From contig OZ255836.1 of NCBI GenBank assembly GCA_965277715.1, positions 320,001 through 384,000 on the forward strand: DNA of 64,000 nucleotides, in the 5' to 3' direction. Positions 49,126-59,700 of this stretch are shown here, piece after piece. The stretch's first letter is position 1, and the number at the start of each line of letters is the position of its first letter. The position numbers and the translations under genes are program-made. The DNA is from Gammaproteobacteria bacterium (lineage in GTDB: Bacteria > Pseudomonadota > Gammaproteobacteria > JBCCGL01). The notes beneath the pieces were generated by a model. It made no database searches. It was not told the origin of the DNA and worked only from the letters and a program-made list of their open reading frames with translations.

Positions 49126-50895
49126 ATGATGCGTATCACTATATTACCGGCATTACTGTTTGGGCTGACCGTTACTGCATGTAGCGCGCCCGGCACATTG
49201 TCTGATAAATCGACATTGCCAACACAGGCCAAGCGTGATGCGGGCAGCCAAAGTCAATCGAATCAAGGTACGCAAACAATACGACCGATCCAACCGGGTA
49301 GTGGTGATAACAACTTTGACTTGATGTACTACATGCTGGTAGCTGAATTGGCGGCGCGGCGCGGCGCACTCGATATGGCCTATCAAAATTACCTTGACGC
49401 CTCAGCATTATCCGACGATCCGCAATTACCTGAAAGGGCAGCGCGTATCGCTGTGTTTGCCAAGGCCTGGAACAAGGCCGTCGTCGCGGGTAAAAAGTGG
49501 TTGGCGCTTGACCCCACCAATATCGGCGTGCGCCATATTCTCGCCAGTAGTTATATGCGTTTAAAAAACAAGGCGGCGGCAGTTGAGCAGTTTATGGCCA
49601 TCATCGAGAGCCACCCAGGTGGCATCGACCAGGGCGCATCAGTCAGTTATGCACTGCTCAGGCACGAAGCTAATCAGCCGCTGACCCACGCTATCGCACA
49701 AACACTTGCCAATCGATTTACAGATAGCGCTGTGGCGTACTTTACGCTCGCCCGCCTAAGTGCTGCGATGGGTGATAAAACCACGACAATCGACGCATTG
49801 AACAACACACTGATCCTACAGCCAGATCACCCCGAAGCAATTCTGCTACAGGCGCAAACACAGATAGAAATGGGCGAGGGTGAACAGGCGTTTACCCATC
49901 TGCGGCAGGCACTGCAACGGTTGCCGGATAATATTGCGCTCAACTCTGGGTATGCGCGGTTGTTGGTGCAGTCGGGCCACCACAATCAGGCAATTGAGGC
50001 GATGGAAAAAACATTCAAACTACAACCCAACAACGCCACGGTTGTGCTCAACTTGGGGCTGATGGCACTCCAGGCGCGGCGTTTAAACGAAGCTAAAGCG
50101 TACCTCAATCGTGTTGTCTCACTTAAACAGCGCGTTTCTGAAGCCAATTATTACCTGGGGCGAATTGCAGACAGTCAGCGTGAATACCAGGTGGCGATCA
50201 AACACTACGCAAAAGTGGCTGATAACAACCTACAGCTCGACGCACAGACGCGCATTGTTGAATTACTGGCGTTACTGGGGCATGTTGACCAGGCGCGCTT
50301 TCGACTGCAACGCTTGCGCGAGCTCAATACCGAAGAGGCGCAGCAAATTCATTTTATTTTGGTTGAAAATAAAATTTTGCGTGAAACCGGTCAGCACCAG
50401 GAGGCATTGGATGTACTGACTGCCGCGATGGCACGTTATCCGCAAAACGTCGATATTTTATATGCGCGTGCGCTGGCGGCAGAAAAAATGGGGCACGAGG
50501 ATGTATTCGAGCAACATTTGCGTAGCGTGTTACAAATCGAACCCAAGAATGCGCGTGCCCTCAATGCGCTGGGTTACTACCTGGTCGATCGCTCGCGTGA
50601 GCTTGATGAAGCGGAGCGTTATATAAAACAAGCCATCGAAATTATGCCGACAGACCCCGCCATAATCGACAGCCTCGGTTGGCTGAGTTACCGGCGTGGC
50701 AACTACACCGAAGCGCTACAGTTATTGCGCAAAGCTTACCAGTTATTGTTCGACCCTGAAATTGCAGCGCATTTGGGTGAGGTGTTGTGGGTGTCTGGTG
50801 ATCGACAGAGTGCCAATGAAATTTGGGATGATGCGCTTAAACAGCGTCCAGGCGATGCATTGTTGAAACGCGTTATCAAACGTTTTCGCCCATGA
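49126..50895 (+). CDS. TPR-repeat lipoprotein (conserved upstream of lolB)
   Basis: Lipobox VTAC; many TPRs; ALNALGY..IIDSLGW..EIAAHLGEVLW. Confidence 0.88.
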   Translation: MMRITILPALLFGLTVTACSAPGTLSDKSTLPTQAKRDAGSQSQSNQGTQTIRPIQPGSGDNNFDLMYYMLVAELAARRGALDMAYQNYLDASALSDDPQLPERAARIAVFAKAWNKAVVAGKKWLALDPTNIGVRHILASSYMRLKNKAAAVEQFMAIIESHPGGIDQGASVSYALLRHEANQPLTHAIAQTLANRFTDSAVAYFTLARLSAAMGDKTTTIDALNNTLILQPDHPEAILLQAQTQIEMGEGEQAFTHLRQALQRLPDNIALNSGYARLLVQSGHHNQAIEAMEKTFKLQPNNATVVLNLGLMALQARRLNEAKAYLNRVVSLKQRVSEANYYLGRIADSQREYQVAIKHYAKVADNNLQLDAQTRIVELLALLGHVDQARFRLQRLRELNTEEAQQIHFILVENKILRETGQHQEALDVLTAAMARYPQNVDILYARALAAEKMGHEDVFEQHLRSVLQIEPKNARALNALGYYLVDRSRELDEAERYIKQAIEIMPTDPAIIDSLGWLSYRRGNYTEALQLLRKAYQLLFDPEIAAHLGEVLWVSGDRQSANEIWDDALKQRPGDALLKRVIKRFRP

Positions 50896-51530
50896 GGGCG
50901 TATTTTTTATGCATTATCGTAACACTACTGACCGCTTGCTCGACGTTACCATTAGATGAACAACAGGCACAGCGCCGGGCGCTCTGGGAAACGCACCTTG
51001 CTTCGCTGGATGGTTTTACGCACTGGCGTGCCAGTGGACGTATGGCGGTTAGCACAGCGCACGATGGGGGAAGCGCCCGGTTACTTTGGGCACAGCGTGG
51101 CGATAACTTTACATTGCGGCTCAACGCCGGTCTTGGCCAGGGCACGTTGCAGCTCAGTAGGAACGCCTGGGGCGCCCGGTTGATCCCCCCCTCTGGTGAG
51201 GTGTTGGTCGGCAGGCATGCAGATGCATTGTTATATCGCCACCTCGGCTGGCATGTGCCTATCGACCAACTGCGCCAGTGGCTCACTGGTCGGCCTGGTA
51301 GCGCCAGCGATTATATTATCGGTAGTCAGGGCCTGTTAGAGCGCATTCAGTTTGAAGGTTGGGTGGTTGTGTTTGAAAAGTACCGGGATGATATATATCC
51401 CGCCCTGCCATCGAAGGTATCGCTCAAGAAAGCGGATATTAAAGTGCGTGTCATCATTGATGGCTGGAGTCACAGCAAGCAAACCATTACCTCAAAACGC
51501 ATTGCCCTGCCAGCAGCAACACCGGAATGA
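50892..51530 (+). CDS. lolB: Outer-membrane lipoprotein receptor LolB
   Basis: Lipobox LTAC; W..SGR, LGW.VP...L..WL.G.P; synteny with ispE. Confidence 0.9.
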   Translation: MRAYFLCIIVTLLTACSTLPLDEQQAQRRALWETHLASLDGFTHWRASGRMAVSTAHDGGSARLLWAQRGDNFTLRLNAGLGQGTLQLSRNAWGARLIPPSGEVLVGRHADALLYRHLGWHVPIDQLRQWLTGRPGSASDYIIGSQGLLERIQFEGWVVVFEKYRDDIYPALPSKVSLKKADIKVRVIIDGWSHSKQTITSKRIALPAATPE

Positions 51531-52417
51531 CCCCATTTGATAATACCGGTTTGCCGCGTTTTTGGCCGGCACCGGCAAAGCTCAACTTGATGTTGCGCGT
51601 TACCGCACGCCGGGCAGACGGCTACCACCTGTTACAAACCGTATTCCAGTTACTGGATATTGGTGATGAGCTCATCATTAACCCATTGAGCTCAGGGGAA
51701 ATTAAAAGGGTTAACCCGATTGCCGGTGTGGATGAGCAGGATGACCTCACCTTGCGGGCGGCAAAACAACTGAAACAAGTGACCGGCTCATCAATGGGCG
51801 TTGTGCTCTCTGTGAGGAAACGCCTGCCGATGGGGGCAGGGCTGGGTGGTGGCAGCTCTAACGCGGCCACAGTGTTATATGCACTGAATCATTTGTGGCA
51901 GACGGGATTGAGCGTTGACGAGCTGGCCACTATTGGTTTGACATTAGGTGCGGATGTCCCTGTCTTTGTTAAAGGGGCGTCGGCCTGGGCCGAAGGTGTC
52001 GGTGAACAATTGGTTCCCATTGCGTTGCCGGATCGATGGTTTTTGGTGCTACTTCCAGGGGTTCATGTCACCACAGCAGAAGTCTTTAGCGATCCCACGT
52101 TGACACGCAATAGCGCAGCAATCACAATACGCGCCTTTCTGGACAAGCAGCTTGATGGCGTTGTACAAAACGACTGTCAGGCAGTGGTTGTTAAGCGTTA
52201 TCCAGAGATAGGCAAGGCACTTAATTGGCTTGAAGCCAACGCTGTTTCACGCTCTATTGGCATGACGGGAACAGGCAGTAGTTTATTTGCCGTATTTATC
52301 GATGAGTGCTCAGCACGTGATGTGCTTGAGAAAATACCTACACCCTGGACGGGCTTTGTCGCCAGAGGTGTCAATACGTCGCCACTGCATACAATGTTTG
52401 GCGTTGAAAACAGTTAA
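51527..52417 (+). CDS. ispE: 4-diphosphocytidyl-2-C-methyl-D-erythritol kinase
   Basis: PAPAKLNL, GYHLLQT, PMGAGLGGGSSNAA, LGADVPVF. Confidence 0.96.
   Translation: MTPFDNTGLPRFWPAPAKLNLMLRVTARRADGYHLLQTVFQLLDIGDELIINPLSSGEIKRVNPIAGVDEQDDLTLRAAKQLKQVTGSSMGVVLSVRKRLPMGAGLGGGSSNAATVLYALNHLWQTGLSVDELATIGLTLGADVPVFVKGASAWAEGVGEQLVPIALPDRWFLVLLPGVHVTTAEVFSDPTLTRNSAAITIRAFLDKQLDGVVQNDCQAVVVKRYPEIGKALNWLEANAVSRSIGMTGTGSSLFAVFIDECSARDVLEKIPTPWTGFVARGVNTSPLHTMFGVENS
52100..52135 (+). promoter_or_regulatory. Sigma70 promoter inside ispE, probably for tRNA-Gln/prs
   Basis: TTGACA-17 bp-CACAAT followed by a GC-rich discriminator. Confidence 0.6.
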
Positions 52418-52424
52418 CGATAAT

Positions 52425-52499
52425 TGGGCCGTCGCCAAGCGGTAAGGCACCAGGTTTTGATCCTGGCATGCGCAGGTTCGAATCCTGCCGGCCCAGCCA
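52425..52499 (+). tRNA. tRNA-Gln (TTG)
   Basis: TGGGCCGTCGCCAAGCGGTAAGGC..TT-TTG-AT..GGTTCGAATCC..GCCA; 75 nt. Confidence 0.96.
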
Positions 52500-52579
52500 T
52501 TAACTTAGAACATATTGACCAACACATGCCAAAGACCACTCGTATGATCGATCGCCACAGTAACCCACCCTCTGAAAAA

Positions 52580-53518
52580 ATGATGGTTTTCGCCGGTAGC
52601 GCGAATACTGATCTGGCCAAACGGGTCTGCGATCACCTGAATTTGCCACTGGGGAAAGCGCAGCTCGACACTTTCAGTGATGGTGAACACAGCGTAGAGA
52701 TACTCGAAAATGTGCGTGGCCGTGACGTTTATATAATCCAGTCGACCTGTGCACCTACCGACAGTAACCTGATGCAATTGCTGGTAATGGCCGATGCATT
52801 AAAGCGTGCCTCGGTGGGCCGGGTTACCGCTGTAATACCCTATTTTGGCTATGCGCGCCAGGATCGCCGGGTGCGCTCACAGCGTGTGCCGGTAACCGCC
52901 AAGCTGGTGGCAAACTTATTGTCGACAGCCGGTGTCGATAGTGTGTTGACCATTGATTTGCACGCCGATCAAATTCAGGGTTTTTTCGATATGCCCGTCG
53001 ATAATGTCTATGGCTCACCCCTGTTGCTGGGCGATATTTGGCGGCAGAAATACCCCGATTTGATTGTGGTATCACCCGATGTTGGTGGCGTTGTGCGCGC
53101 ACGTGCGGTAGCCAAACGTCTCGATGATGCCGATCTGGCGATTATCGATAAGCGTCGCCCACAGGCAAACCAGTCTGAAGTGATGCATATTATTGGTTCG
53201 GTTGAAGGTAAAACCTGTGTGCTGGTCGATGATATGGTGGATACGGCGGGTACACTGTGCGCCGCCGCCAGTGCCCTGAAAGAGCATGGCGCAAAAAAAG
53301 TGGTCGCCTATGCAACACACCCCGTGTTGTCAGGGCCCGCTATTCAGCGGATTAGCGATTCTGCCATTGACGAGCTGGTCGTCACCGACACAATCCCATT
53401 GAATGAAGCGGCAAATGCCAGTGGGATAATTCGCCAGCTTAGTGTCGCCAGCATATTGGCAGAGACATTGCGGCGCATGCAAAACAACGAGTCGGTCAGT
53501 ACCCTCTACATGGACTAA
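52580..53518 (+). CDS. prs: Ribose-phosphate pyrophosphokinase (start may be 52544)
   Basis: [37 protein letters not shown]. Confidence 0.96.
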   Translation: MMVFAGSANTDLAKRVCDHLNLPLGKAQLDTFSDGEHSVEILENVRGRDVYIIQSTCAPTDSNLMQLLVMADALKRASVGRVTAVIPYFGYARQDRRVRSQRVPVTAKLVANLLSTAGVDSVLTIDLHADQIQGFFDMPVDNVYGSPLLLGDIWRQKYPDLIVVSPDVGGVVRARAVAKRLDDADLAIIDKRRPQANQSEVMHIIGSVEGKTCVLVDDMVDTAGTLCAAASALKEHGAKKVVAYATHPVLSGPAIQRISDSAIDELVVTDTIPLNEAANASGIIRQLSVASILAETLRRMQNNESVSTLYMD

Positions 53519-53585
53519 TCCTTAGTTTAACCTGGCAGTAGTTTATTCTGCCCACGCAGTAAAAATCTGATAGAATCCGCCGCTT

Positions 53586-53613
53586 TTGCCCGTCTTGGTC
53601 GCGATTCGGGCGT
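53586..53613 (+). promoter_or_regulatory. Probable L25 autoregulatory leader hairpin
   Basis: GCCCG..TGGTCGCG..CGGGC stem-loop between a TAGAAT -10 box and the rplY RBS. Confidence 0.5.
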
Positions 53614-53636
53614 CCACTCTCAATTGGAGAACCTAT

Positions 53637-54266
53637 ATGAGCGTTTCATTTACCGTTAGCGCGGAACCGCGTGCTGACCAGGGGAAAGGTGCGAGCCGCC
53701 GCCTGCGTCGTGCGAATATGGTGCCCGCCGTTGTCTATGGTGCTGGCCGTGAGCCAGAATCGATCATGCTTAAGCACAATGAAGTGCTCAAGCACCTCGA
53801 TCACGAAGCCTTTTACTCGCATATTCTCATTTTGAGTATCGGCAAAAAAAGCCAACAGGTTATTTTGCGCGACATTCAACGCCACCCGCATAAATTACTC
53901 GTAATGCATATGGATTTCCTGCGCATTGAATCAGACCATTCGATTCAGGTACATGTGCCGCTGCATTTTATTGGCGAGGAAGACTGCGTTGGCGTTAAAC
54001 AAGGTGGCGGTATTATTGGCCACATCGAGTCAGAGGTGTTTGTCGATTGCCTGCCTGGCAACCTGCCCGAGTATATCGAAGTTGATGTGACCAACCTTGA
54101 GCTGGGCGCCTCGATACACCTCTCTGAAATCACACTGCCTGAGGGTGTTCGCTCTGTGGACTTATCCCACGGTGAAGACCATGACCGTGCAGTCGTTTCG
54201 GTGCACGCATCGCGTGCATCGAAAGCAGATGATGACGAGAGTGCAGAAGCCACACCAGAAGAATAA
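53637..54266 (+). CDS. rplY: 50S ribosomal protein L25 (long Ctc form)
   Basis: GKGASRRLRR..VPAVVYG..QRHP....HMDF. Confidence 0.96.
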   Translation: MSVSFTVSAEPRADQGKGASRRLRRANMVPAVVYGAGREPESIMLKHNEVLKHLDHEAFYSHILILSIGKKSQQVILRDIQRHPHKLLVMHMDFLRIESDHSIQVHVPLHFIGEEDCVGVKQGGGIIGHIESEVFVDCLPGNLPEYIEVDVTNLELGASIHLSEITLPEGVRSVDLSHGEDHDRAVVSVHASRASKADDDESAEATPEE

Positions 54267-54302
54267 CCCTTCGCAATACTTTAACGTGCAGAGAGCGTGC
54301 CG

Positions 54303-54920
54303 GTGGCATCAGTCAGTGCACAAATTGACCTTATTGTCGGGCTGGGTAACCCTGGCCCTGACTATTCAGAAACCCGCCATAATGCGGGTTTTTGGTTTCT
54401 GCAGCATATCGCTGAGGCACAAGGCAAATCCTTTTCGGTCGAGCCACGGTTTTTTGGTGAGGTAGCCAGCGTGGTGATTGATGGCCACACGGTGCGGTTA
54501 CTGAAGCCCACGACATTTATGAACCGCAGTGGCCAATCGGTGGCAGCGTTAGCGCGTTACTTTAAAATTCCGCATGAAAACATCCTGGTTGTACACGATG
54601 AGCTCGACCTGCCAACCGGTGATGCCCGTATCAAATTCGCGGGTGGGCACGGCGGGCACAATGGATTGCGGGATATCATCAGCCATTTTGGTGATGCGAA
54701 TTTTTGGCGGGTTCGCTTGGGCATAGGCCATCCTGGTAAACAATCTCAAGTCGTGGATTACGTGTTGAAACGCGCCACAAAAAATGAACAGGATTTGATC
54801 GGCGAGGCGATGGCCTCCGTGCTCACTGTATTGTCATGGCTTGTTAATGGCGATATACAAAAAGCCACCAATAAAGTGCATTCGCGTCGCCCCAAGAAAA
54901 CACCGATCAACGATAATTGA
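54303..54920 (+). CDS. pth: Peptidyl-tRNA hydrolase
   Basis: [29 protein letters not shown]. Confidence 0.96.
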   Translation: MASVSAQIDLIVGLGNPGPDYSETRHNAGFWFLQHIAEAQGKSFSVEPRFFGEVASVVIDGHTVRLLKPTTFMNRSGQSVAALARYFKIPHENILVVHDELDLPTGDARIKFAGGHGGHNGLRDIISHFGDANFWRVRLGIGHPGKQSQVVDYVLKRATKNEQDLIGEAMASVLTVLSWLVNGDIQKATNKVHSRRPKKTPINDN

Positions 54921-54939
54921 TAACATTTCAGAGAACATC

Positions 54940-56031
54940 ATGGGATTTAAATGTGGAATAGTAGGTATGCCAAATGTGGGCAAATCGACTTTATTTAATG
55001 CGTTGACACAGGCTGAAATAGCCGCTGAAAACTACCCGTTTTGTACAATCGAACCGAATGTTGGCATGGTGCCAGTACCCGATCCGCGTTTGCAGGCGCT
55101 GGCAGATATTGTTTCGCCTGAGCGGATATTGCCCACTACAATGGAATTTGTCGATATTGCCGGTTTGGTTTCCGGTGCCTCGAAAGGTGAAGGGTTGGGC
55201 AATCAGTTCCTTGCGCATATCCGCGAAACGGATGCCATTGCGCATGTAGTGCGCTGTTTTGACGATGATGATGTCGTCCACATCAACGGGCGGGTTAACC
55301 CACTCGATGATGCAGAGGTGATCAACACAGAACTGTTATTAGCCGATGTCGATACCGTCGACAGAGCGGTTCAGCGCATTAGCAAAACAGCTAAATCGGG
55401 CAATAAGCCTGCTATTGCAGAAAAAGCCTTTTTGGAACGATTATCAGAACACCTTGATGGTGGTAGTCCGGCGCGCACTATTGACGTCACCGATAGTGAA
55501 AAAGACCTTTTGAAACATTTGCACCTGCTGACCAGTAAACCGACGATGTACATTGCCAATGTCGATGACAGTGGTTTTACCGATAACCCCATGCTGGATG
55601 CACTGCAAGCACATGCGGCGACTGAATCTGCCAACGTAGTGCCGGTGTGCGCTGCAATTGAGGCTGAAATTGCCTTGCTGGATGATTCTGAAAAAGCAGA
55701 GTTTCTGGAAGACCTGGGTTTACAGGAGCCGGGTCTGGATCGTGTAATTCGTGCGGGCTATGCGCTCTTGGCATTGCAGACATTTTTTACTGCGGGTGTA
55801 AAGGAAGTGCGCGCCTGGACAGTGCGTAAAGCGGCGACTGCGCCACAGGGCGCTGGTCGTATCCACACTGATTTTGAGAAAGGCTTTATACGCGCTGAAG
55901 TCATTGCCTATGGCGATTTTATCCATTACAACGGCGAGCAGGGTGCAAAGGAAGCGGGTAAGTGGCGGCTGGAGGGAAAAGACTATCTGCTGAAAGAAGG
56001 CGACGTTGTACATTTTCGGTTTAATGTTTAA
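54940..56031 (+). CDS. ychF: Redox-regulated ATPase YchF
   Basis: [29 protein letters not shown]-terminal TGS domain ending FRFNV. Confidence 0.97.
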   Translation: MGFKCGIVGMPNVGKSTLFNALTQAEIAAENYPFCTIEPNVGMVPVPDPRLQALADIVSPERILPTTMEFVDIAGLVSGASKGEGLGNQFLAHIRETDAIAHVVRCFDDDDVVHINGRVNPLDDAEVINTELLLADVDTVDRAVQRISKTAKSGNKPAIAEKAFLERLSEHLDGGSPARTIDVTDSEKDLLKHLHLLTSKPTMYIANVDDSGFTDNPMLDALQAHAATESANVVPVCAAIEAEIALLDDSEKAEFLEDLGLQEPGLDRVIRAGYALLALQTFFTAGVKEVRAWTVRKAATAPQGAGRIHTDFEKGFIRAEVIAYGDFIHYNGEQGAKEAGKWRLEGKDYLLKEGDVVHFRFNV

Positions 56032-56063
56032 TTTATTGCCTGTTGGCCTCGTTTGGCCCGCCC

Positions 56064-56100
56064 TTGACAGCGTTGAAACAAGCCGTCAAAATCGCGCCCC
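56064..56100 (+). promoter_or_regulatory. Stable-RNA-type promoter of tRNA-Met
   Basis: TTGACA-17 bp-CAAAAT-CGCGCCCC. Confidence 0.65.
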
Positions 56101-56110
56101 TTATTTCTAT

Positions 56111-56187
56111 GGCTATGTAGCTCAGTTGGTTAGAGCACAGCATTCATAATGCTGGGGTCCCTGGTTCAAGTCCAGGCATAGCCACCA
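56111..56187 (+). tRNA. tRNA-Met (CAT), elongator type
   Basis: GGCTATGTAGCTCAGTTGGTTAGAGC..TT-CAT-AA..GGTTCAAGTCC..ACCA; G1-C72 paired. Confidence 0.93.
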
Positions 56188-56199
56188 TTTCTCCATTCT

Positions 56200-56645
56200 T
56201 TAACGTCAATAGTTGTAGACCCAATGTAGCTTGTTTAAATTTGGGCTGATTACCTTTTACTGCCAGCAAATAAAATAGTCGGCTTTTTTACCTACTATTG
56301 TCTCTGCAATTGCTTTTTGGCAGCCCATTGCATCAACTGTAATCAAACACCTTTCTAAAATCAGCGATTGGAACAGCTCGGGAATCGCTGTAATTTCATT
56401 GGATTTCGCTGACGTTTTTACTTGACCTGGCACCAAACCGCTTGCCGTTGCCCAAGCACTTACTCTATAGATGGCGGCTTTATTGGCCTCATTAGGCAGC
56501 AATCAGAATGTCGATGAGTTCGTTCCGTTTATTGGCATTGTCTCGCCTATAATCTTCAATTTCTTCAAAATAATCAAAAATACTGCTCTGGTATTTTTCC
56601 ATTTGTGCACTTCTGTCGTGGTCGAATCGCAAAAGTAAGACCCTG
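56200..56645 (-). mobile_element. ISAs1-family remnant with an internal deletion (left boundary approximate)
   Basis: End CAGGGTC at 56645; fragments FEEIEDYR..ELIDIL and VSAWA..GQ....KSNEITAIPEL..ITVDAMGCQK. Confidence 0.85.
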
Positions 56646-56709
56646 TACACAATACAGCGTATTGGTATGGATGTTGCTGCCAACGACTAAGTTTTACCAG
56701 GAGAGCATA

Positions 56710-59700
56710 ATGACCACGCTTTACCCTCGTACCCTTTGGTTTTTTTTACTGCCATGTCTACTCTGCGCCTGTGATTTCGGTGCCTCATCATCACCATCGG
56801 CGCCATCAAGCCGGGTAATTTTGGGGCCGATTGTCGGAGCACAAATAACGGCTGTACGAGCCAGTAGTGTGTCCACCGCGATTGAGACCACCACCACCCT
56901 GGTATCCAATGACCTGAATACGGCTGGTGGTTTTACCTTGTCATTACCCGGTGTTGCTGACTCGGAGTTCATACTGGTAACGGTGATCGGTGGTCGTGAT
57001 ATTGATGCCGATGGCGACGGAACGCTGGATGCAACCCCCACACCCAACAACGGTGTTATCCGCGCCCTGGCGACCGCAGCAGACTGGAGGGCGGGAGTGC
57101 ATGTTACCGTCTTCACTGAAATACAGGTGCAACAACTGATCGGCAACAATTTGCAAGCGTTGCAAAACCTCACCTCTACAGCCATTACCCAGAGCCTGGA
57201 CACAACGGCTCAACGATTATTGCATTCAGATGCGGATGTTAATGGAGACGGTCAAACCAACTATCGGGATACACTCCAGTTTACCCCCACCAACAATAGT
57301 TTCCCCCTGTCGGTATCCCGGAATCAGATCAATCAAATCGCCCAACGTATCAGGCAGGGCGAAAGCGCAGATGCCAGCCAGTTGATTGATAATCTTATCT
57401 CATTGAATGTTGCTGCCGGAGCAGACCAGACCGTAGAACCCGGTAACACCGTCACCCTGAACGGAAGCGCCCAGAGCAGTCGCACTGGCGCAATTCTTAG
57501 CTATGCCTGGACACAAACCGGCGGCACCACATTAACACTCAACAATGCAAATAGTGCTGATGCCAGTTTTACCGTCCCCAGTGTTTCCACCACACAAACC
57601 CTGATTTTTTTGCTGACCGTCGCCGATGGCCTCGGCATCACAGCCACCGATAGTGTGCGCATCCAGGTAGACCAGCAACCGGTGCCCAACGCACACCCCA
57701 GCGTTGCTGCCGGTGCTGACCAGACCGTGACAGAGGGAGCCAGTGTCAGCCTGAGCGGTACCGCTACTGATAGTGATGGCACGATAGCGCGGGTTCAGTG
57801 GTCGCAAACCACCGGTCCCAGTGTTACGCTGAACACTGCTGAGAGTATAAATGCCAGTTTCACAGCCCCCCAGGTAGACACATCAGGTGTTTCGTTGAGC
57901 TTTACTGTCACCGCAACTGATGATAACGGAGCCAGCAGCAGTGACAGCATTACTGTCACCGTCAACGATATCCCCCCGCCAGCGAATATAATACCGGTGG
58001 CCACAGCGCAAGCTCTCAGTGTTGATGAGGATGGCAGCGTGAGTGTAACCCTGAGTGGCACGGATGCAGACGGCAGCGTAACAGGGTTTGCTATCAGTGC
58101 CGCACCAGCCAATGGCAGCCTTAGCGGCACTGCGCCCAATCTCAGCTATACCCCCAATGCCAACTTCAACGGCAGTGATCAATTCACCTTTACCGTCACC
58201 GATAATCAAATGGCTGTCTCCAGCCCGGCTATGGTCAGCATTACAGTCAACTCTGTTAACGATTTGCCCACTGCAAACGCAGGCCCCGATCAAGCTGTAG
58301 GCGAACAGACCATCGTAGCACTCACGGCAACCGCCAGCAGCGATAGTGACGGCACCATTGCCAGCTACGCCTGGGTGGAAACCAGCGGCAGCGGCATAAC
58401 ATTAAGCAATGCAGCCACTGCCACCGCCAGTTTTACCGCCCCGACCTTTGCCACCGATACAGCGCTGACCTTCCGGTTAACGGTAACGGATAACCAAGGT
58501 GGTGTATCGACCGACGATATTGCAGTCACCGTACAGGATGTTAACAATCAGGCGCCTGTTATTACCAGCGCCAATAGCGCCAGCGTCGCCGAAAATACCA
58601 CAGTGGTACTGACGCTGACCGCTACCGACGCCGATACCACCGGCGAGGCCACGGTTTTCACTCTGGGCGGTGATGATGCCAGTCTGTTTACCGTTACTGG
58701 CAGTGCATTGGCATTTACTGCCGCACCGGATTTTGATACCCCGGTTTGCGGTGGCGATAATGCCTGTACTATCACCGCCACACCCAGCGATGGCATCAAT
58801 ACCGGTGTGGCGCAGGCTATTACCATAACGGTGACCGATCTTAACGATACCGCCCCGGTAATAACCAGCGCCAATAGCGCCAGCGTAGCGGAGAACAGCA
58901 CTATCGTACTGACGCTGGTGGCGACTGACGCCGATACCACCGGCGAGGCCACGGTTTTCACTTTGGGCGGTGATGATGCCAGTCTGTTTACCGTTACTGG
59001 CAGTGTATTGGCATTTACTGTCGCACCGGATTTTGAAACCCCGGTTTGCGGTGGCGATAATGCCTGTACTATCACCGCCACACCCAGCGATGGCATCAAT
59101 ACCGGTGTGGCACAGGCCATTACCATAACGGTGACCGATCTTAACGATACCGCCCCGGTAATAACCAGCGCCAATAGCGCCAGCGTCGCCGAAAATACCA
59201 CAGTGGTACTGACGCTGACTGCTACCGACGCCGATACCACCGGCGAGGCCACGGTTTTCACTCTGGGCGGTGATGATGCCGGTCTGTTTACCGTTACTGG
59301 CAGTGCATTGGCGTTTACTGCCGCACCGGATTTTGAAACCCCGGTTTGCGGTGGCGATAATGTCTGTACTATCACCGCCACACCCAGCGATGGCATCAAT
59401 ACCGGTGTGGCACAGGCCATTACCATAACGGTGACCGATCTTAACGATACCGCTCCGGTAATAACCAGCGCCAATAGCGCCAGCGTCGCCGAAAATACCA
59501 CAGTGGTACTGACGCTGACCGCTACCGACGCCGATACCACCGGCGAAGCCACGGTTTTCACCCTGGGCGGTGATGATGCCAGTCTGTTTACCGTTACTGG
59601 CAGTGTATTGGCATTTACTGCCGCACCGGATTTTGAAACCCCGGTTTGCGGTGGCGATAATGTCTGTACTATCACCGCGACACCCAGCGATAGCGTCAAT